Positions 21,253 through 31,713 of a stretch of DNA of 64,000 nucleotides are shown here, piece by piece (the first letter of the stretch is position 1; every line of letters begins with the position of its first letter). The notes below the pieces were generated by a model. It saw only the letters and a list, made by a program, of their open reading frames with translations. It had not been told where the DNA came from and made no database searches. Origin of the DNA: Spirochaetota bacterium. GTDB lineage: Bacteria > Spirochaetota > UBA4802 > UBA5550. The translations under genes and the position numbers were made by a program. The DNA is taken from contig OY760686.1 of the NCBI GenBank assembly GCA_963663865.1, positions 128,001 through 192,000 of the forward strand. Reading direction: 5' to 3'.

Positions 21253-23190
21253 TTAAAATGTAAACGGCGGATACTTATCAACAAGTCCGGTCATGTAAGC
21301 CATGACTCTCGCCATATACTGATAATATCCGCACAGCGCGTTGAATAAAAACGACGGCCACCTTGCTGTCAGTATCACGGAAATAATCCCGCAGATGTAT
21401 AGAAACGGAACAGCCAGTCCGGCCACAAGCAGAATAAGAATATGCGGCAGCGACAACAGCACTATGCCGGCGACTGAAAGCCTCATAAAGGCAAGGAACC
21501 TCGAATAGCCGAGCGGATATGTCACGTTAAGCTGCATCGGGAAGTCAAGGTCCCTTCTTCCCCCGAATACCGGCAGCTCTTCCACAATACCCACTGTTGA
21601 TGTCTTGATGGATAAGAATTGCCTGATTGTTTTTTCAATTATTTCAGAAAAATCATCCATTCTCTGCCTTGTCGCAAGGGCCATAATATTGTTAATAACT
21701 CCGAGAACCGCCGAAAGAGCGGTGTAAACAGCAAGCACTATAAAGTGAGGTACAAGAGCAATCATAAAAAGCCCAGTCAACCTCGCCAGAGCTCCTAACC
21801 TTGAATAGCGCAGTGTGTAATCAACAGAGAGCGTAACGCTGCCTGAGCTTTCATATTCAAGGGCGTTTATGTACTCAGGCCTGTCATCAACGGAATCAAG
21901 CGTCTCGTCAAGATCATAATCAAGCGGCTTTTGACGCCGAACCGCAGCGGCAGGAACAGGCTCGGCATATTCTTCAAACTCTATATCTTCCAGATCAGAT
22001 TCATCATCAAGCTCGAGGTTAACCTCATCAATATCAATATCAGGAATGTCATCATCCCCCGCCTCGATAGTGTGATAATCTTCATCAACAAAGTGCTCGT
22101 CAGATGTATCGTCAACCACAGCAGAAATCTCGTCTCCGGCAAGCTCGTCGAGAGTAAGGCCGGCATCCGCGAGTGTCAGCTTCTCATCCTCTTCAAGTTC
22201 AATGCCCTGACTTATCTCGCTGGATTCGACAATGGGAATGTCGAGAGTATCCAAGTCGAGGGTTATGCTTTCATCTATGTCCTCTTCAACGGGCTCAGCG
22301 GATTCCTCAGCAATATCTATATCAAGCGAATCAAGGTCGAGTGTTATCGCCTCGTCCTCTTCATCATCCGCATCAGGCAGACCCGCCTCTTCTGAGGCAG
22401 GCTCGCCGATATCAGATATGTCTATATCAAGCGTGTCAAGGTCTATGGTGACACTTTCATCTTCCATATCTTCCGCCTCTTGATACCTTTCACTGAAAAA
22501 CTCCTCTTCTGCCGCTGAATCATCGGAAGCGGGCCCAGCCGGCTTCGTTACCACCGCAGCTGATTCGGGAGCGTCAAAAAAGATGCCTACATCCTCCGCC
22601 GTCAGCTCAGCGTCCTCAGGAAAAAATTCATCGCCAGCTGATAGCACCGAATCAGGCTCATCGGCTTTCTCCGCCTCTGACTCAGGCTCAGGCTCGTCAA
22701 AGCCTTCAAGGTCAAAGCCTTCCAGATCGGCTTCAAAGTCAATCTCAGACTCTTCTTTTTTTTCTTCCCGGGGATAATGGCCTTCTGCCGCAGGGATATC
22801 TTCTTCTTCCAACCCGCCTTCTTCCAGGTCAATGTCCAGATCGAAAGCCTCATCTTCGGAGACTTCCGGCTCTTCCACCGCAGCAGCTTTATGAGCGGGT
22901 TCTTCTGAAGCGCTTATCTCTGATTCAAAGTCAAAATCGTCCATATCGGAAAAGTCATCCGCCCCTCCACCGTCAGGGTTTTCATTTGCGGGAATCGGGC
23001 TCTCTTCAACGGCACTATCATCATTAAGATTGTTGTCAAATGATGATAAAATATCCTCTTCCTGCACGGCCCTGTTATCGATTATGTTTTCAGTCTGACA
23101 CTTTGGACAGGTGAAACCGAACTTTTTATTTTCCACCCTGGCATCTTCTACGGCAAAGGATGATTCACAGTTTTTACAGCGGACAATCAT
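21253..23190 (-). CDS. zinc-ribbon (MJ0042-type) + acidic repeat linker + DUF4389-like membrane domain protein
   Basis: MIVRCKNC...CPKC; long D/E-rich linker; two PH(F/I)-containing TM modules ending DKYPPF. Confidence 0.75.
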   Translation of the reverse strand: MIVRCKNCESSFAVEDARVENKKFGFTCPKCQTENIIDNRAVQEEDILSSFDNNLNDDSAVEESPIPANENPDGGGADDFSDMDDFDFESEISASEEPAHKAAAVEEPEVSEDEAFDLDIDLEEGGLEEEDIPAAEGHYPREEKKEESEIDFEADLEGFDLEGFDEPEPESEAEKADEPDSVLSAGDEFFPEDAELTAEDVGIFFDAPESAAVVTKPAGPASDDSAAEEEFFSERYQEAEDMEDESVTIDLDTLDIDISDIGEPASEEAGLPDADDEEDEAITLDLDSLDIDIAEESAEPVEEDIDESITLDLDTLDIPIVESSEISQGIELEEDEKLTLADAGLTLDELAGDEISAVVDDTSDEHFVDEDYHTIEAGDDDIPDIDIDEVNLELDDESDLEDIEFEEYAEPVPAAAVRRQKPLDYDLDETLDSVDDRPEYINALEYESSGSVTLSVDYTLRYSRLGALARLTGLFMIALVPHFIVLAVYTALSAVLGVINNIMALATRQRMDDFSEIIEKTIRQFLSIKTSTVGIVEELPVFGGRRDLDFPMQLNVTYPLGYSRFLAFMRLSVAGIVLLSLPHILILLVAGLAVPFLYICGIISVILTARWPSFLFNALCGYYQYMARVMAYMTGLVDKYPPFTF

Positions 23191-23207
23191 TTCCCTCTCC
23201 TGAATGG

Positions 23208-23516
23208 CTATCTGCCCGAATAATATTTTTCGTTGACGTTGTGCTGAATAATAATGGGTGCAATAGGTAGAAAAAGCACCGCGTACCACTTCACATCACG
23301 GCCATTCATCATTTCCGATCTCTGAAGGTATTTCAGGTTGAGATAAACAGCCCAGATGCCCCCCGTAAAAACGGTTAGCATAATATTCACAGCCGGGTCA
23401 TCATTAAAGACCTTGCTGATTCGGGCCAGCCACCAGAAATAATAGAGAAATCCGGTAAGAAACATCAGAAGAAGCAATACCACAAGATTGTTCTCCGGGA
23501 CATATTCTTCGTTCAT
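23208..23516 (-). CDS. DUF4234-like small membrane protein
   Basis: LLLMFLTGFLYYFWW...LTVFTGGIWAVY...IIQHNVN. Confidence 0.7.
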   Translation of the reverse strand: MNEEYVPENNLVVLLLLMFLTGFLYYFWWLARISKVFNDDPAVNIMLTVFTGGIWAVYLNLKYLQRSEMMNGRDVKWYAVLFLPIAPIIIQHNVNEKYYSGR

Positions 23517-23679
23517 CTTAAACTCCAAGATTTTTGTGTTACAGCAACCCTTCATATAATTTAACGGAAAAAAACAGAATAATCTTGAATAATATTGCTT
23601 CCTGATATTATTTCCTTCATCTGCGGGTTTTTTAGAATTTTCTGTTGACCCTGATAATTATTCAATACTATCTTGATGT

Positions 23680-24717
23680 TTGCAATCAAAATTCCAATGG
23701 ATGCTTCAATTGTACACTAAATATCTTTCGGGGAACCCCTTGCCGTGGCTGCTTTCAGAATGTGGAACACCTGTCAGCTATCTCACAGCCCGGGATATCT
23801 CAGATTCAGGCCAATCTCCTGATTATAACGGCCTTGCCTCATCAATGGAGGCCAGGCGCCTGCTGTTCAAGCTGAAAAACCTTCTAAAAGCCGGCAAGCC
23901 CGGATTTGAGCTTCCTGATTCCGGTCTAACCTGGCTGTTCGCCGCCGCGGTTGAACACGGCCTTGACCGCAGGAGCCCCGAAGTAGCGCAAGCCGCGGAG
24001 CGAATTGTTGAAGCAACCCGGCAGCCCGACGGCGACTTCTCCCTTTCGTGGAAGCCCGCTGTATCCGTTGCCTGCCGTACCGGAGACATGGCACGATACC
24101 TTATACTATCAGGCTGCTGCACAGAGTCAGCAGATACCGCGATTAACTGGATAACAGACCATCAAAGACATGACGGAGGCTGGCTTCACTGCCCCCTGGG
24201 CGGGACATGCGACGCCCTGAAGCTTTTCCTTTTCAACAGGAGTGGAAGGGGCATTGAGAGGGAAAATTCTCTATCCGTATCAAGCTGCATTTATGCCTCA
24301 GCGGCGTGTTCCCATGCGCTCTCCCTCAGCGGTTCCCAAGATAAAACAGTCAGGTTCCGCGCGGCAGAGTACTTTCTGAAAAGAAACCTGTACCTTTCAC
24401 TTTCCGGAGGAGAAATGCGCCCGGCCCGCTCCTGGAACTGCGGCTTCCTTAAACCCGGATATCCTGTTCTTTCTCAGTATGATATTCTTTACGGCTTGCT
24501 GATAACTGCCAGACTCGGCTTCGCAGACGATGAGCGCAATGTCCCGGCTTTCAACAGGCTTATGAGCCTTCAGAACTCTGATGGGACCTGGAATCTTGAC
24601 AACACCGGCCCTGGAATGATAAACAAAAGCGAATTTGGAGCAACAGCCGGAAAACGAAGCCCATGGGTTACGCTTAACGCGCTCAGGCTGCTGAGCATAC
24701 TCCAGCGGATTCAGTAG
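23680..24717 (+). CDS. prenyltransferase/squalene-oxidase-repeat (alpha/alpha barrel) protein
   Basis: QPDGDF, QRHDGGW, QNSDGTW repeats; SPWVTLNAL; start may be ATG 23701. Confidence 0.7.
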   Translation: MQSKFQWMLQLYTKYLSGNPLPWLLSECGTPVSYLTARDISDSGQSPDYNGLASSMEARRLLFKLKNLLKAGKPGFELPDSGLTWLFAAAVEHGLDRRSPEVAQAAERIVEATRQPDGDFSLSWKPAVSVACRTGDMARYLILSGCCTESADTAINWITDHQRHDGGWLHCPLGGTCDALKLFLFNRSGRGIERENSLSVSSCIYASAACSHALSLSGSQDKTVRFRAAEYFLKRNLYLSLSGGEMRPARSWNCGFLKPGYPVLSQYDILYGLLITARLGFADDERNVPAFNRLMSLQNSDGTWNLDNTGPGMINKSEFGATAGKRSPWVTLNALRLLSILQRIQ

Positions 24718-24731
24718 AAGAACAAAACACT

Positions 24732-25490
24732 TTAATGAGAGAATGCATATCCTGCAGAAAAGATGAAGCTGTAGCTGTAAATCCTGGAATCACGACCGCC
24801 TGGGAAAAAAGCAAGCCCTTCCCTCTCGAGTGTAAATCCTCCGCCAAAATCGAGAAACCTTACCTGCCAGTCAAATCCAAAGGTGATATACAGCCCGCCG
24901 CTGAAATAGCCGGTAAAATTCAGCTCTGCCCCTGCAGCATAGGTGCTGACGTCTTTCGGCTGTCCGGCATCGTAATCCGCAATGAGCTTTTTAGCTATAG
25001 GAGTCGGGGTATAGTCGGCCATAACATACCCGATGAAAGGTGTGAGAGTAAAGTCCCACCTCTTCCTTGTAGTTGCGTGAAGTGAAGGCCCTACCAGAAT
25101 TGAGTACTCATCGTACAGAATTTCACGCCAGTTTTCATACTCAGACCCGAACCTCGTGCGCTGGACGAGGAACATCCGCCCCAGACGCGCCTTTACTCCA
25201 AGATAGTCGATGGGCATGTATTCGTAGGAAGCACCGTATGAAAACGAGAGATGAGAAACCCAGAGAAGCTTGTAAATATCATCTGAAATCTCATAGCTGT
25301 AATCCTTTACAAAGTCATTCTCTGCATCAAGGACTTTCCCCTGAGGATACCCCATGGAGAAATAGCCTCCGAGAAGCATCTGCCCCTTTCGCGCGCCCTC
25401 CGGGGGCTTGTCAAGCTCCTCGAATTTGGACGAATGGCCCGCCATCGCAGAAACAAGAATCAGACAAACTGTCAACACGGCTCTAATCAT
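24732..25490 (-). CDS. outer-membrane beta-barrel protein
   Basis: signal peptide; amphipathic strands; C-terminal FIFSAGYAF. Confidence 0.65.
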   Translation of the reverse strand: MIRAVLTVCLILVSAMAGHSSKFEELDKPPEGARKGQMLLGGYFSMGYPQGKVLDAENDFVKDYSYEISDDIYKLLWVSHLSFSYGASYEYMPIDYLGVKARLGRMFLVQRTRFGSEYENWREILYDEYSILVGPSLHATTRKRWDFTLTPFIGYVMADYTPTPIAKKLIADYDAGQPKDVSTYAAGAELNFTGYFSGGLYITFGFDWQVRFLDFGGGFTLEREGLAFFPGGRDSRIYSYSFIFSAGYAFSH

Positions 25491-25664
25491 ACGAAATTAA
25501 TATCTTAACACCCGCATAGTGTCAATTCAATTATGAACGCAGACTCATGAATAACTTGACAGCGCTATAAATTGGTGCTATATGTTGTTAATCAGGAATT
25601 GATGCCTCAGGGCCATGCTAAGCCCGACATTAACCGATATACTACAAATTACATGGAGCACGAG

Positions 25665-26435
25665 ATGCCAAAAAGCGTAATATCCGATATGGATGGGGTA
25701 ATTTACAGGGGAGCGCAGATAATCGACGGAGCACAGGAGTTCATCGAAAGGATGATTGAGACGAAAACCCAGTTTCTATTCCTCACAAACAACTCCGAAC
25801 AGACACCTGTCGATCTGAAAAAAAAGCTGGAATCAAAGGGAATTTACGGAGTTGAAGAAGAAAACTTCATTACCTCGGCAATGGCTACAGCCCTCTTTCT
25901 GAAGGCGCAGAGGCCGAACGGCACCGTATACGCGATTGGCGGAGGCGGGCTTATAAATGAACTGTACAACGCCGGTTTTTCAATCTCCGAGTCAAATCCC
26001 GACTACGTTGTTGTAGGAAAAACATCCAACTTCAACTACGATGTCATGAAGAAGGCAAGCAATCTGATAAACGGCGGGGCCAGGTTCATAGGAACAAATC
26101 CGGATGTAATTGATCCGATCGCGGGAGGCATGGAACCCGCTTGCGGCGCGATACTTGCAGGCATTGAAGTCGCTACCGGCAAAAAGCCTTACATTGTCGG
26201 CAAACCCAATTCACTCATGATGACAATTGCAACCAGAAAACTTGGAGTGCATGCATCTGACGCAGTCATGATCGGCGACCGTATGGACACAGACATCGTC
26301 GGAGGACTTGAAGCCGGTATGACAACATGCCTTGTACTCTCCGGAGTAACTTCGCCGGACATGATTGACCAATTCCCCTACAAACCGGACCACATTTTCC
26401 GGAATGTCGGCGAAATTCACCCCGAAAAGCTTTAA
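25665..26435 (+). CDS. HAD-IIA (NagD/AraL-like) phosphatase
   Basis: DMDGVIY, LTNNS, TNPD, GKP, MIGDRMDTDI, VLSGVT. Confidence 0.92.
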   Translation: MPKSVISDMDGVIYRGAQIIDGAQEFIERMIETKTQFLFLTNNSEQTPVDLKKKLESKGIYGVEEENFITSAMATALFLKAQRPNGTVYAIGGGGLINELYNAGFSISESNPDYVVVGKTSNFNYDVMKKASNLINGGARFIGTNPDVIDPIAGGMEPACGAILAGIEVATGKKPYIVGKPNSLMMTIATRKLGVHASDAVMIGDRMDTDIVGGLEAGMTTCLVLSGVTSPDMIDQFPYKPDHIFRNVGEIHPEKL

Positions 26436-26468
26436 TCTATTAACATATTATATATCAGGAGAACCACA

Positions 26469-27515
26469 ATGGAAATTATTGTTCCGTCTTTGTTAAGAAT
26501 CAAACCAAACGCTCTTCATAAAATCGGAAAATATCTGAGAACCGGCAGGCACACAGAGGTTGCAGTCATATACGGAGAAGGCATCAAGGATCTTTTTAAT
26601 CAGGTCATTGAAATTTCATTCGCATCATCTGAAATAAAGATCGTTTACGAAGACATAGCCAGAACCAACATCCTGGATGAGGCATTCAACGCCGCCAAAA
26701 AGCTTCCTCAGAACACAAAGGCCATAGTAGCAATAGGAGGCGGAAAGGCAATCGACTTCTGCAAATACATGGCTCTCATTACACAGCTGCCTGTTATTTC
26801 AGTACCTACTGTCATATCTAACGACGGCTTTGCGTCGCCGCTTTCCAGCATGGATGTGAACGGCAGAAGACGCACTGTTAAAACAAAAATCCCTGAGGGC
26901 GTCATAGTTGACACACAGATTCTGCGTAACGCACCTCAGAAATTCATGTACTCCGGAATCGGCGACCTTTTCTGCAAAATCACCTCAATATTCGACTGGA
27001 AGCTCGCATACAAAAAAACCGGCGAATACGTCAACGATTTTGCATCTACAATCTGCCGCAATGCCGTTGAGACCTTTATTCAGTACAGGGATAAGGACCT
27101 GAGCAGCACAGACTACCTGGGCATAATTGTCGGATCGCTTTTGATGACGGGAATCTCAATGGAGATTGCCGGTTCATCCCGGCCTGCCAGCGGCTCTGAA
27201 CACCTTATAAGCCACGCTTATGACAAACTTGCGAAAAAACCTACGCTTCACGGCCTGCAGACAGGGGTTGCCTGTTATCCGATAAGCTACCTTCAGGGAG
27301 ACACACACGAGATTGTAAAGAAAGTCATTGTTGAATCCGGTTTTGTCGACTTTATCGAAAAAGAACCTCTATCCCGCGAGGACTTCATAACCGCTGTCAG
27401 ACATGCCCCGGAGATTAAGGAGAACTATTATACAATACTTTCAGAGAAGGACAGCCTTGAAAAGCTCATCGCATTTACGGAATCAGATGAACTGATGAAA
27501 AGAATGCTTGCCTGA
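26469..27515 (+). CDS. glycerol-1-phosphate dehydrogenase-like (EgsA/AraM family)
   Basis: GGGKAIDFCK, PTVISNDGFASP, AGSSRPASGSEHLISHA, HGLQ. Confidence 0.8.
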   Translation: MEIIVPSLLRIKPNALHKIGKYLRTGRHTEVAVIYGEGIKDLFNQVIEISFASSEIKIVYEDIARTNILDEAFNAAKKLPQNTKAIVAIGGGKAIDFCKYMALITQLPVISVPTVISNDGFASPLSSMDVNGRRRTVKTKIPEGVIVDTQILRNAPQKFMYSGIGDLFCKITSIFDWKLAYKKTGEYVNDFASTICRNAVETFIQYRDKDLSSTDYLGIIVGSLLMTGISMEIAGSSRPASGSEHLISHAYDKLAKKPTLHGLQTGVACYPISYLQGDTHEIVKKVIVESGFVDFIEKEPLSREDFITAVRHAPEIKENYYTILSEKDSLEKLIAFTESDELMKRMLA

Positions 27516-27567
27516 GAGCAGCCCGGCTTCACGCCGGGCGACATATTACTCCGGGAGAACAGGCTGT

Positions 27568-28797
27568 ATGGAAAATTCAACATTGAATTACTGGATTGAA
27601 AACAAGCAGAGCCTGCTTAAAGAATACAACAACAACTCAACCGCTTACAGTAAAACTCTGGCCAGCCTTGTTTCTGAAATCGAGTCTTCGCTAAAAAGCG
27701 TACGCCGTGACCCGCTTGTGAAGGGCCGCGTTAAAAACTTTACGGCTTTCTTCAGAAAGGTCCTCTCCCGTTGTGGAGTTAACGGATATGACAATCCCTT
27801 TGAGACCATAACCGATATCATCGGAATAAGAATTGTTGTCCCGTTCCTTGAAGATATAAATACAGTATACAGGGTGCTTGAACAGCATTACAGTATTCTC
27901 GAATTTGACCAGAAATCGAGAGAGCTCTCAGTGAAGGAATTCGGTTATGATTCTCTTCATCTCCTTATAAGAATTCCGGACGAGCTTCAAAACAGCTTCA
28001 ATCCAGGACTTGCGAGCTGCGAGATTCAGCTTAGAACAATCCTTCAGGACGCCTGGGCGGAAGTAGAACACGAACTTGTCTACAAAACAAGCTTTGACAA
28101 GGTTGAAGATTCAATCCGCAGGAAGCTCACCGCTCTTAACGCGACCCTGTCATTGGCGGATATAACCTTTCAAGAAATACGCGATTATCAAAAAAAACGC
28201 TACTCAGACCTTCAGGAAAAACAGAAGCTTCTGCTTAAATCCGTGTCGATACAGACAGAACACGACAGCAAGCTAAACAATTTACAGCCAACAACTCTAA
28301 CAGATACTTATGACAACTCTGCTTTTAATATTCATGAAGCTGACCTTAATGAGATATTCATGGAGGCCCTTAACGCCCACCTTGCCGGAAATCTGAACAA
28401 GGCCCTTGAGCTTTACACACATCTTATATTAATTTCACCAAACCACTACCTTTACAACCACCGCGGCCTCGTCAACCTTTCACTTTCAAACTACGACGCT
28501 GCGCTTAAAGACTTTACAATGGCAATTTCAATAGAGCCCAATGACATCAGGTCTTACACAAACCGAGGGCTGACCAACAGAATGCTGAAACGCTTTCAAA
28601 GCGCTCTGGACGATTTCGATCAAACAATAAAGATTAATCCTCTATGGGCAGATGCCTTTTATGGGAAGTCGCTGACCCACTATGACATGGGGGACATCAA
28701 GGCCGCCATTGAAGACTGCGATCACGCAATTGCAATTAATGAATCATTTACACAGGCACTCAAGTTTAAGCAATTTCTCCTGAACCGCGACATTTGA
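27568..28797 (+). CDS. small alarmone ((p)ppGpp) synthetase domain + TPR protein
   Basis: GRVK, DIIGIRIV, GYDSLH, EIQLRTILQDAWAEVEH; C-terminal TPRs. Confidence 0.88.
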   Translation: MENSTLNYWIENKQSLLKEYNNNSTAYSKTLASLVSEIESSLKSVRRDPLVKGRVKNFTAFFRKVLSRCGVNGYDNPFETITDIIGIRIVVPFLEDINTVYRVLEQHYSILEFDQKSRELSVKEFGYDSLHLLIRIPDELQNSFNPGLASCEIQLRTILQDAWAEVEHELVYKTSFDKVEDSIRRKLTALNATLSLADITFQEIRDYQKKRYSDLQEKQKLLLKSVSIQTEHDSKLNNLQPTTLTDTYDNSAFNIHEADLNEIFMEALNAHLAGNLNKALELYTHLILISPNHYLYNHRGLVNLSLSNYDAALKDFTMAISIEPNDIRSYTNRGLTNRMLKRFQSALDDFDQTIKINPLWADAFYGKSLTHYDMGDIKAAIEDCDHAIAINESFTQALKFKQFLLNRDI

Positions 28798-28979
28798 TCT
28801 TATATTGCTTGTTCTTAAATATTATATACAAAGGGATGTAATTTTTTAGCGGGACTATCGCATTAAACAACTCTATCTCAAGATAAATCCGGACTCTTCA
28901 ATATTCACTTGAATTGTTTCATGATATTCTATTCCCTTGTTACGCAGTAAGGTAAATAAAAAATAAGGAGGAAACGATC

Positions 28980-29525
28980 ATGAAAATCATAGTCCCGCTT
29001 GCCCCCGGTTTTGAGGAAATTGAGGCAATTACAATAATTGACATCCTGCGACGCGCTGGCATTGAGGTAACAACCGCGTCAACTGGGGACATTTCTGTCA
29101 CCGGCTCCCACAACATAACGGTTAAAGGAGACACAGAGCTAAGCTCTGTCAACAAGTCCGACTTCACAGGCATTGTAATTCCGGGCGGTTTGCCGGGCAG
29201 CACCAACCTGAGGGACGATGAGCGTGTTATTGATCTCGTACGCTATTTCAACTCGGCAGGCAAAACAGTTGCAGCCATCTGTGCGGCCCCCATTGTACTT
29301 GCAAAAGCCGGAATACTGACCGGGAAAAAAGCCTGCTGCTACCCCGGAAATGAGAAAGACCTCACTGGCGCGGATATTTCCATGGACGGGGTCGTGATCG
29401 ACGGCAATATCATCACCTCAAGAGGAATAGGATTCGCGATACCATTCGCTCTGAAAATTGCAGAAATACTCAGAGGTGAGGACACAGCTCAGAGGATATC
29501 AACCGGAATACTATTTCAGGGATAA
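28980..29525 (+). CDS. DJ-1/PfpI (YajL/ThiJ) family protein
   Basis: GFEEIEA, PGGLPG, AAICAAP. Confidence 0.92.
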   Translation: MKIIVPLAPGFEEIEAITIIDILRRAGIEVTTASTGDISVTGSHNITVKGDTELSSVNKSDFTGIVIPGGLPGSTNLRDDERVIDLVRYFNSAGKTVAAICAAPIVLAKAGILTGKKACCYPGNEKDLTGADISMDGVVIDGNIITSRGIGFAIPFALKIAEILRGEDTAQRISTGILFQG

Positions 29526-29694
29526 TAAGCCTGCCGGGGCAATTCGCACGAGTAGCTACGGCCTCTAAATCGGAAAGTATGATCCTGGCAATTTACACAA
29601 TCAGAACGCCCGTGATGAGCAATAATAATTGACGCGTTCTGGCCAATGTGAATAAGTTGTAATGCTACTTTTCGATAAACAACGGGGGTTCCGT

Positions 29695-30303
29695 ATGAAA
29701 TACAGCATGGTGAAGCAGTTTTCAAATGCCGCGCTTGACAATATTTTCAGCTTTTTTTTCAAATGGGTTGATTTCGCGAAGGTTCTTTATGAAGCGCTTC
29801 TGGCTTTTTTGGAAATCTGGTATGCCTTTGCCATGATTTTTGTTAACGCCTTCATGTATGTCTACTACCTGTTTTTGTTCATAATTGACCAGGGAGCCGA
29901 CTCCGGTCAGTCCGCAAGGCCCTGGAAGAAGGGTGTCAGAAGAAGTACAGCGGGTCCTAAGATTCATATCCCCAAAGGGCCCAACCCGGTTCCGGCTATT
30001 TACGGCGTGAAGTCAGCCGCTTCAAGCGCCTTATCGACAGCAGCGTCAGCTATACCTTCCGCAAGAGCAGCTTCATCTAAAACACGCGGCAAGCGTCAAA
30101 TCGGGAAGACCATTCTCGAGTTCTTCTCTTCCATCTTTTATGGGATAAAAGCTGTAATCACAAAGCCCTTCATAGCGATAGGGAACTTCTTCACAGGAAA
30201 GCTCAAGCCGGTCAGAGAAAAGGATTCCCACCCTGCAGAACCGGCAAAGAGGAGCCTCATCGACGAATACATCAAGGAATACGAAAAGAAGAGACTGAAA
30301 TAG
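29695..30303 (+). CDS. hypothetical membrane protein
   Basis: N-terminal hydrophobic segment, basic low-complexity middle. Confidence 0.6.
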   Translation: MKYSMVKQFSNAALDNIFSFFFKWVDFAKVLYEALLAFLEIWYAFAMIFVNAFMYVYYLFLFIIDQGADSGQSARPWKKGVRRSTAGPKIHIPKGPNPVPAIYGVKSAASSALSTAASAIPSARAASSKTRGKRQIGKTILEFFSSIFYGIKAVITKPFIAIGNFFTGKLKPVREKDSHPAEPAKRSLIDEYIKEYEKKRLK

Positions 30304-30327
30304 GCCGGCAAAACCGGCCTGTTTTTT
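30302..30327 (+). terminator. intrinsic terminator
   Basis: AGGCCGG-CAAAA-CCGGCCT followed by GTTTTTT. Confidence 0.6.
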
Positions 30328-31612
30328 AATGCCTGAAAGCTCTCTGTCCGGTGAAAACCATTGAAACCTTTGGGTTTGCCTCATTACAGGCCTCAATGGC
30401 CTCGAAGTCCCTTAAAGAGCCGCCGGGCTGCACTATCGCCCTCACACCCTGCCTTATGCACACATCAACCCCATCCCTGAAGGGGAAAAAAGCGTCAGAT
30501 ACGGCACATGATCCTTTAAGTCCGCCTTTTTCGCTCTCTGCAGCCTCATCTATTTCAGCCTTTTCCGCTGACTTCCTGTTGCCGGTTGCGATCTCAAGCT
30601 CAAGCTCTTTGTATGAGATTCCGTATTTATCAAAGCACATAAGATCCCTGAACTTTGTGTATGCCTTGTAGACGGCGATTTCAGCAACGCCTACCCTGTC
30701 CTGCTCACCTGTTCCGATTCCTGCCGTTACACCGTCTTTAACGAAAAGCACTGAATTTGAGGTAACTCCCTGTTCAACAGACCATCCAAACAGCAGATCG
30801 CTGTATTCATCTTCAGTCGGCGTCCTGTCAATGCGGTACGCCTTCCCCCTGTACTCGGTTTCAGCGGGTTTAAGGTCTGTCGCTGTTCTGACAATATTCA
30901 GTGGTGACTGCTGAACAATAATTCCCCCGTCTATCAGAGATTTGAAATCGACAAACCTCGAATCTCTAAACTTTTCCAGCCTGCCCATATCCGATATTTT
31001 TACAATTCTCAAATTCTTCTTTTTCCTGAGGATATCGACTGCTGCCCCGGAATAATCAGGGGCTGCGACTACCTCAAGGTACTGCTGTGCAATAAGTTCT
31101 GCGGTTTCCTCATCGACCGTGCGGTTGAGGGCAACACAGCCACCGAAAGCTGCTATTCTGTCTGCCCTGAAAGCGCGGCTGAACGATTCTGCGGCAGTGC
31201 TGCCGTACGCGGCACCGCTCGGATTATTGTGCTTAACAACTACGGCAGCCGGACTATCAGTCAGGTATTTCAGAATATTAAGAGAATTATCAATATCTGT
31301 GATGTTCGTCTTGCCCGGATGCTTTCCGAACTGCAGCATCATCTCCTCGTTAATTCCGCTCGCCAGCGAGTTGCCAGGTGCAATAAATTCGCAATCTCCC
31401 AGCACAAGATTACCATTTATCAGCTCGTACATAGCCGCTTCCTGCCCTGGGTTTTCGCCGTATCTCAAGCCATTTTCTACAAGACTGTCTCCATCCTGAA
31501 TTCTCCATGTCCTTTTTCTGTAGACAAGGCTCTGCTCTCCAAATGAAATAGTCATCTTGTCAGGGAAATGATCGCTCATCACCGTTTTATATGCCTGTTT
31601 TAAATCCTTCAT
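30326..31612 (-). CDS. PurH-family AICAR transformylase lacking the N-terminal IMPCH/MGS domain
   Basis: LRYGENP, KHNNP, SNSV, GTGEQDRV, SDAFFPFRDG, QPGGSLRD; begins about 50 aa before LRYGENP. Confidence 0.85.
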   Translation of the reverse strand: MKDLKQAYKTVMSDHFPDKMTISFGEQSLVYRKRTWRIQDGDSLVENGLRYGENPGQEAAMYELINGNLVLGDCEFIAPGNSLASGINEEMMLQFGKHPGKTNITDIDNSLNILKYLTDSPAAVVVKHNNPSGAAYGSTAAESFSRAFRADRIAAFGGCVALNRTVDEETAELIAQQYLEVVAAPDYSGAAVDILRKKKNLRIVKISDMGRLEKFRDSRFVDFKSLIDGGIIVQQSPLNIVRTATDLKPAETEYRGKAYRIDRTPTEDEYSDLLFGWSVEQGVTSNSVLFVKDGVTAGIGTGEQDRVGVAEIAVYKAYTKFRDLMCFDKYGISYKELELEIATGNRKSAEKAEIDEAAESEKGGLKGSCAVSDAFFPFRDGVDVCIRQGVRAIVQPGGSLRDFEAIEACNEANPKVSMVFTGQRAFRH

Positions 31613-31713
31613 AAGGTACTCCTTCTTTTGTATATTAGCTCGAAAAAACTGTTCCGTCATAATGACGGCATATTCATTGTTCCCGCATAAACGTCCTCGT
31701 TAAAAACGGGAAA

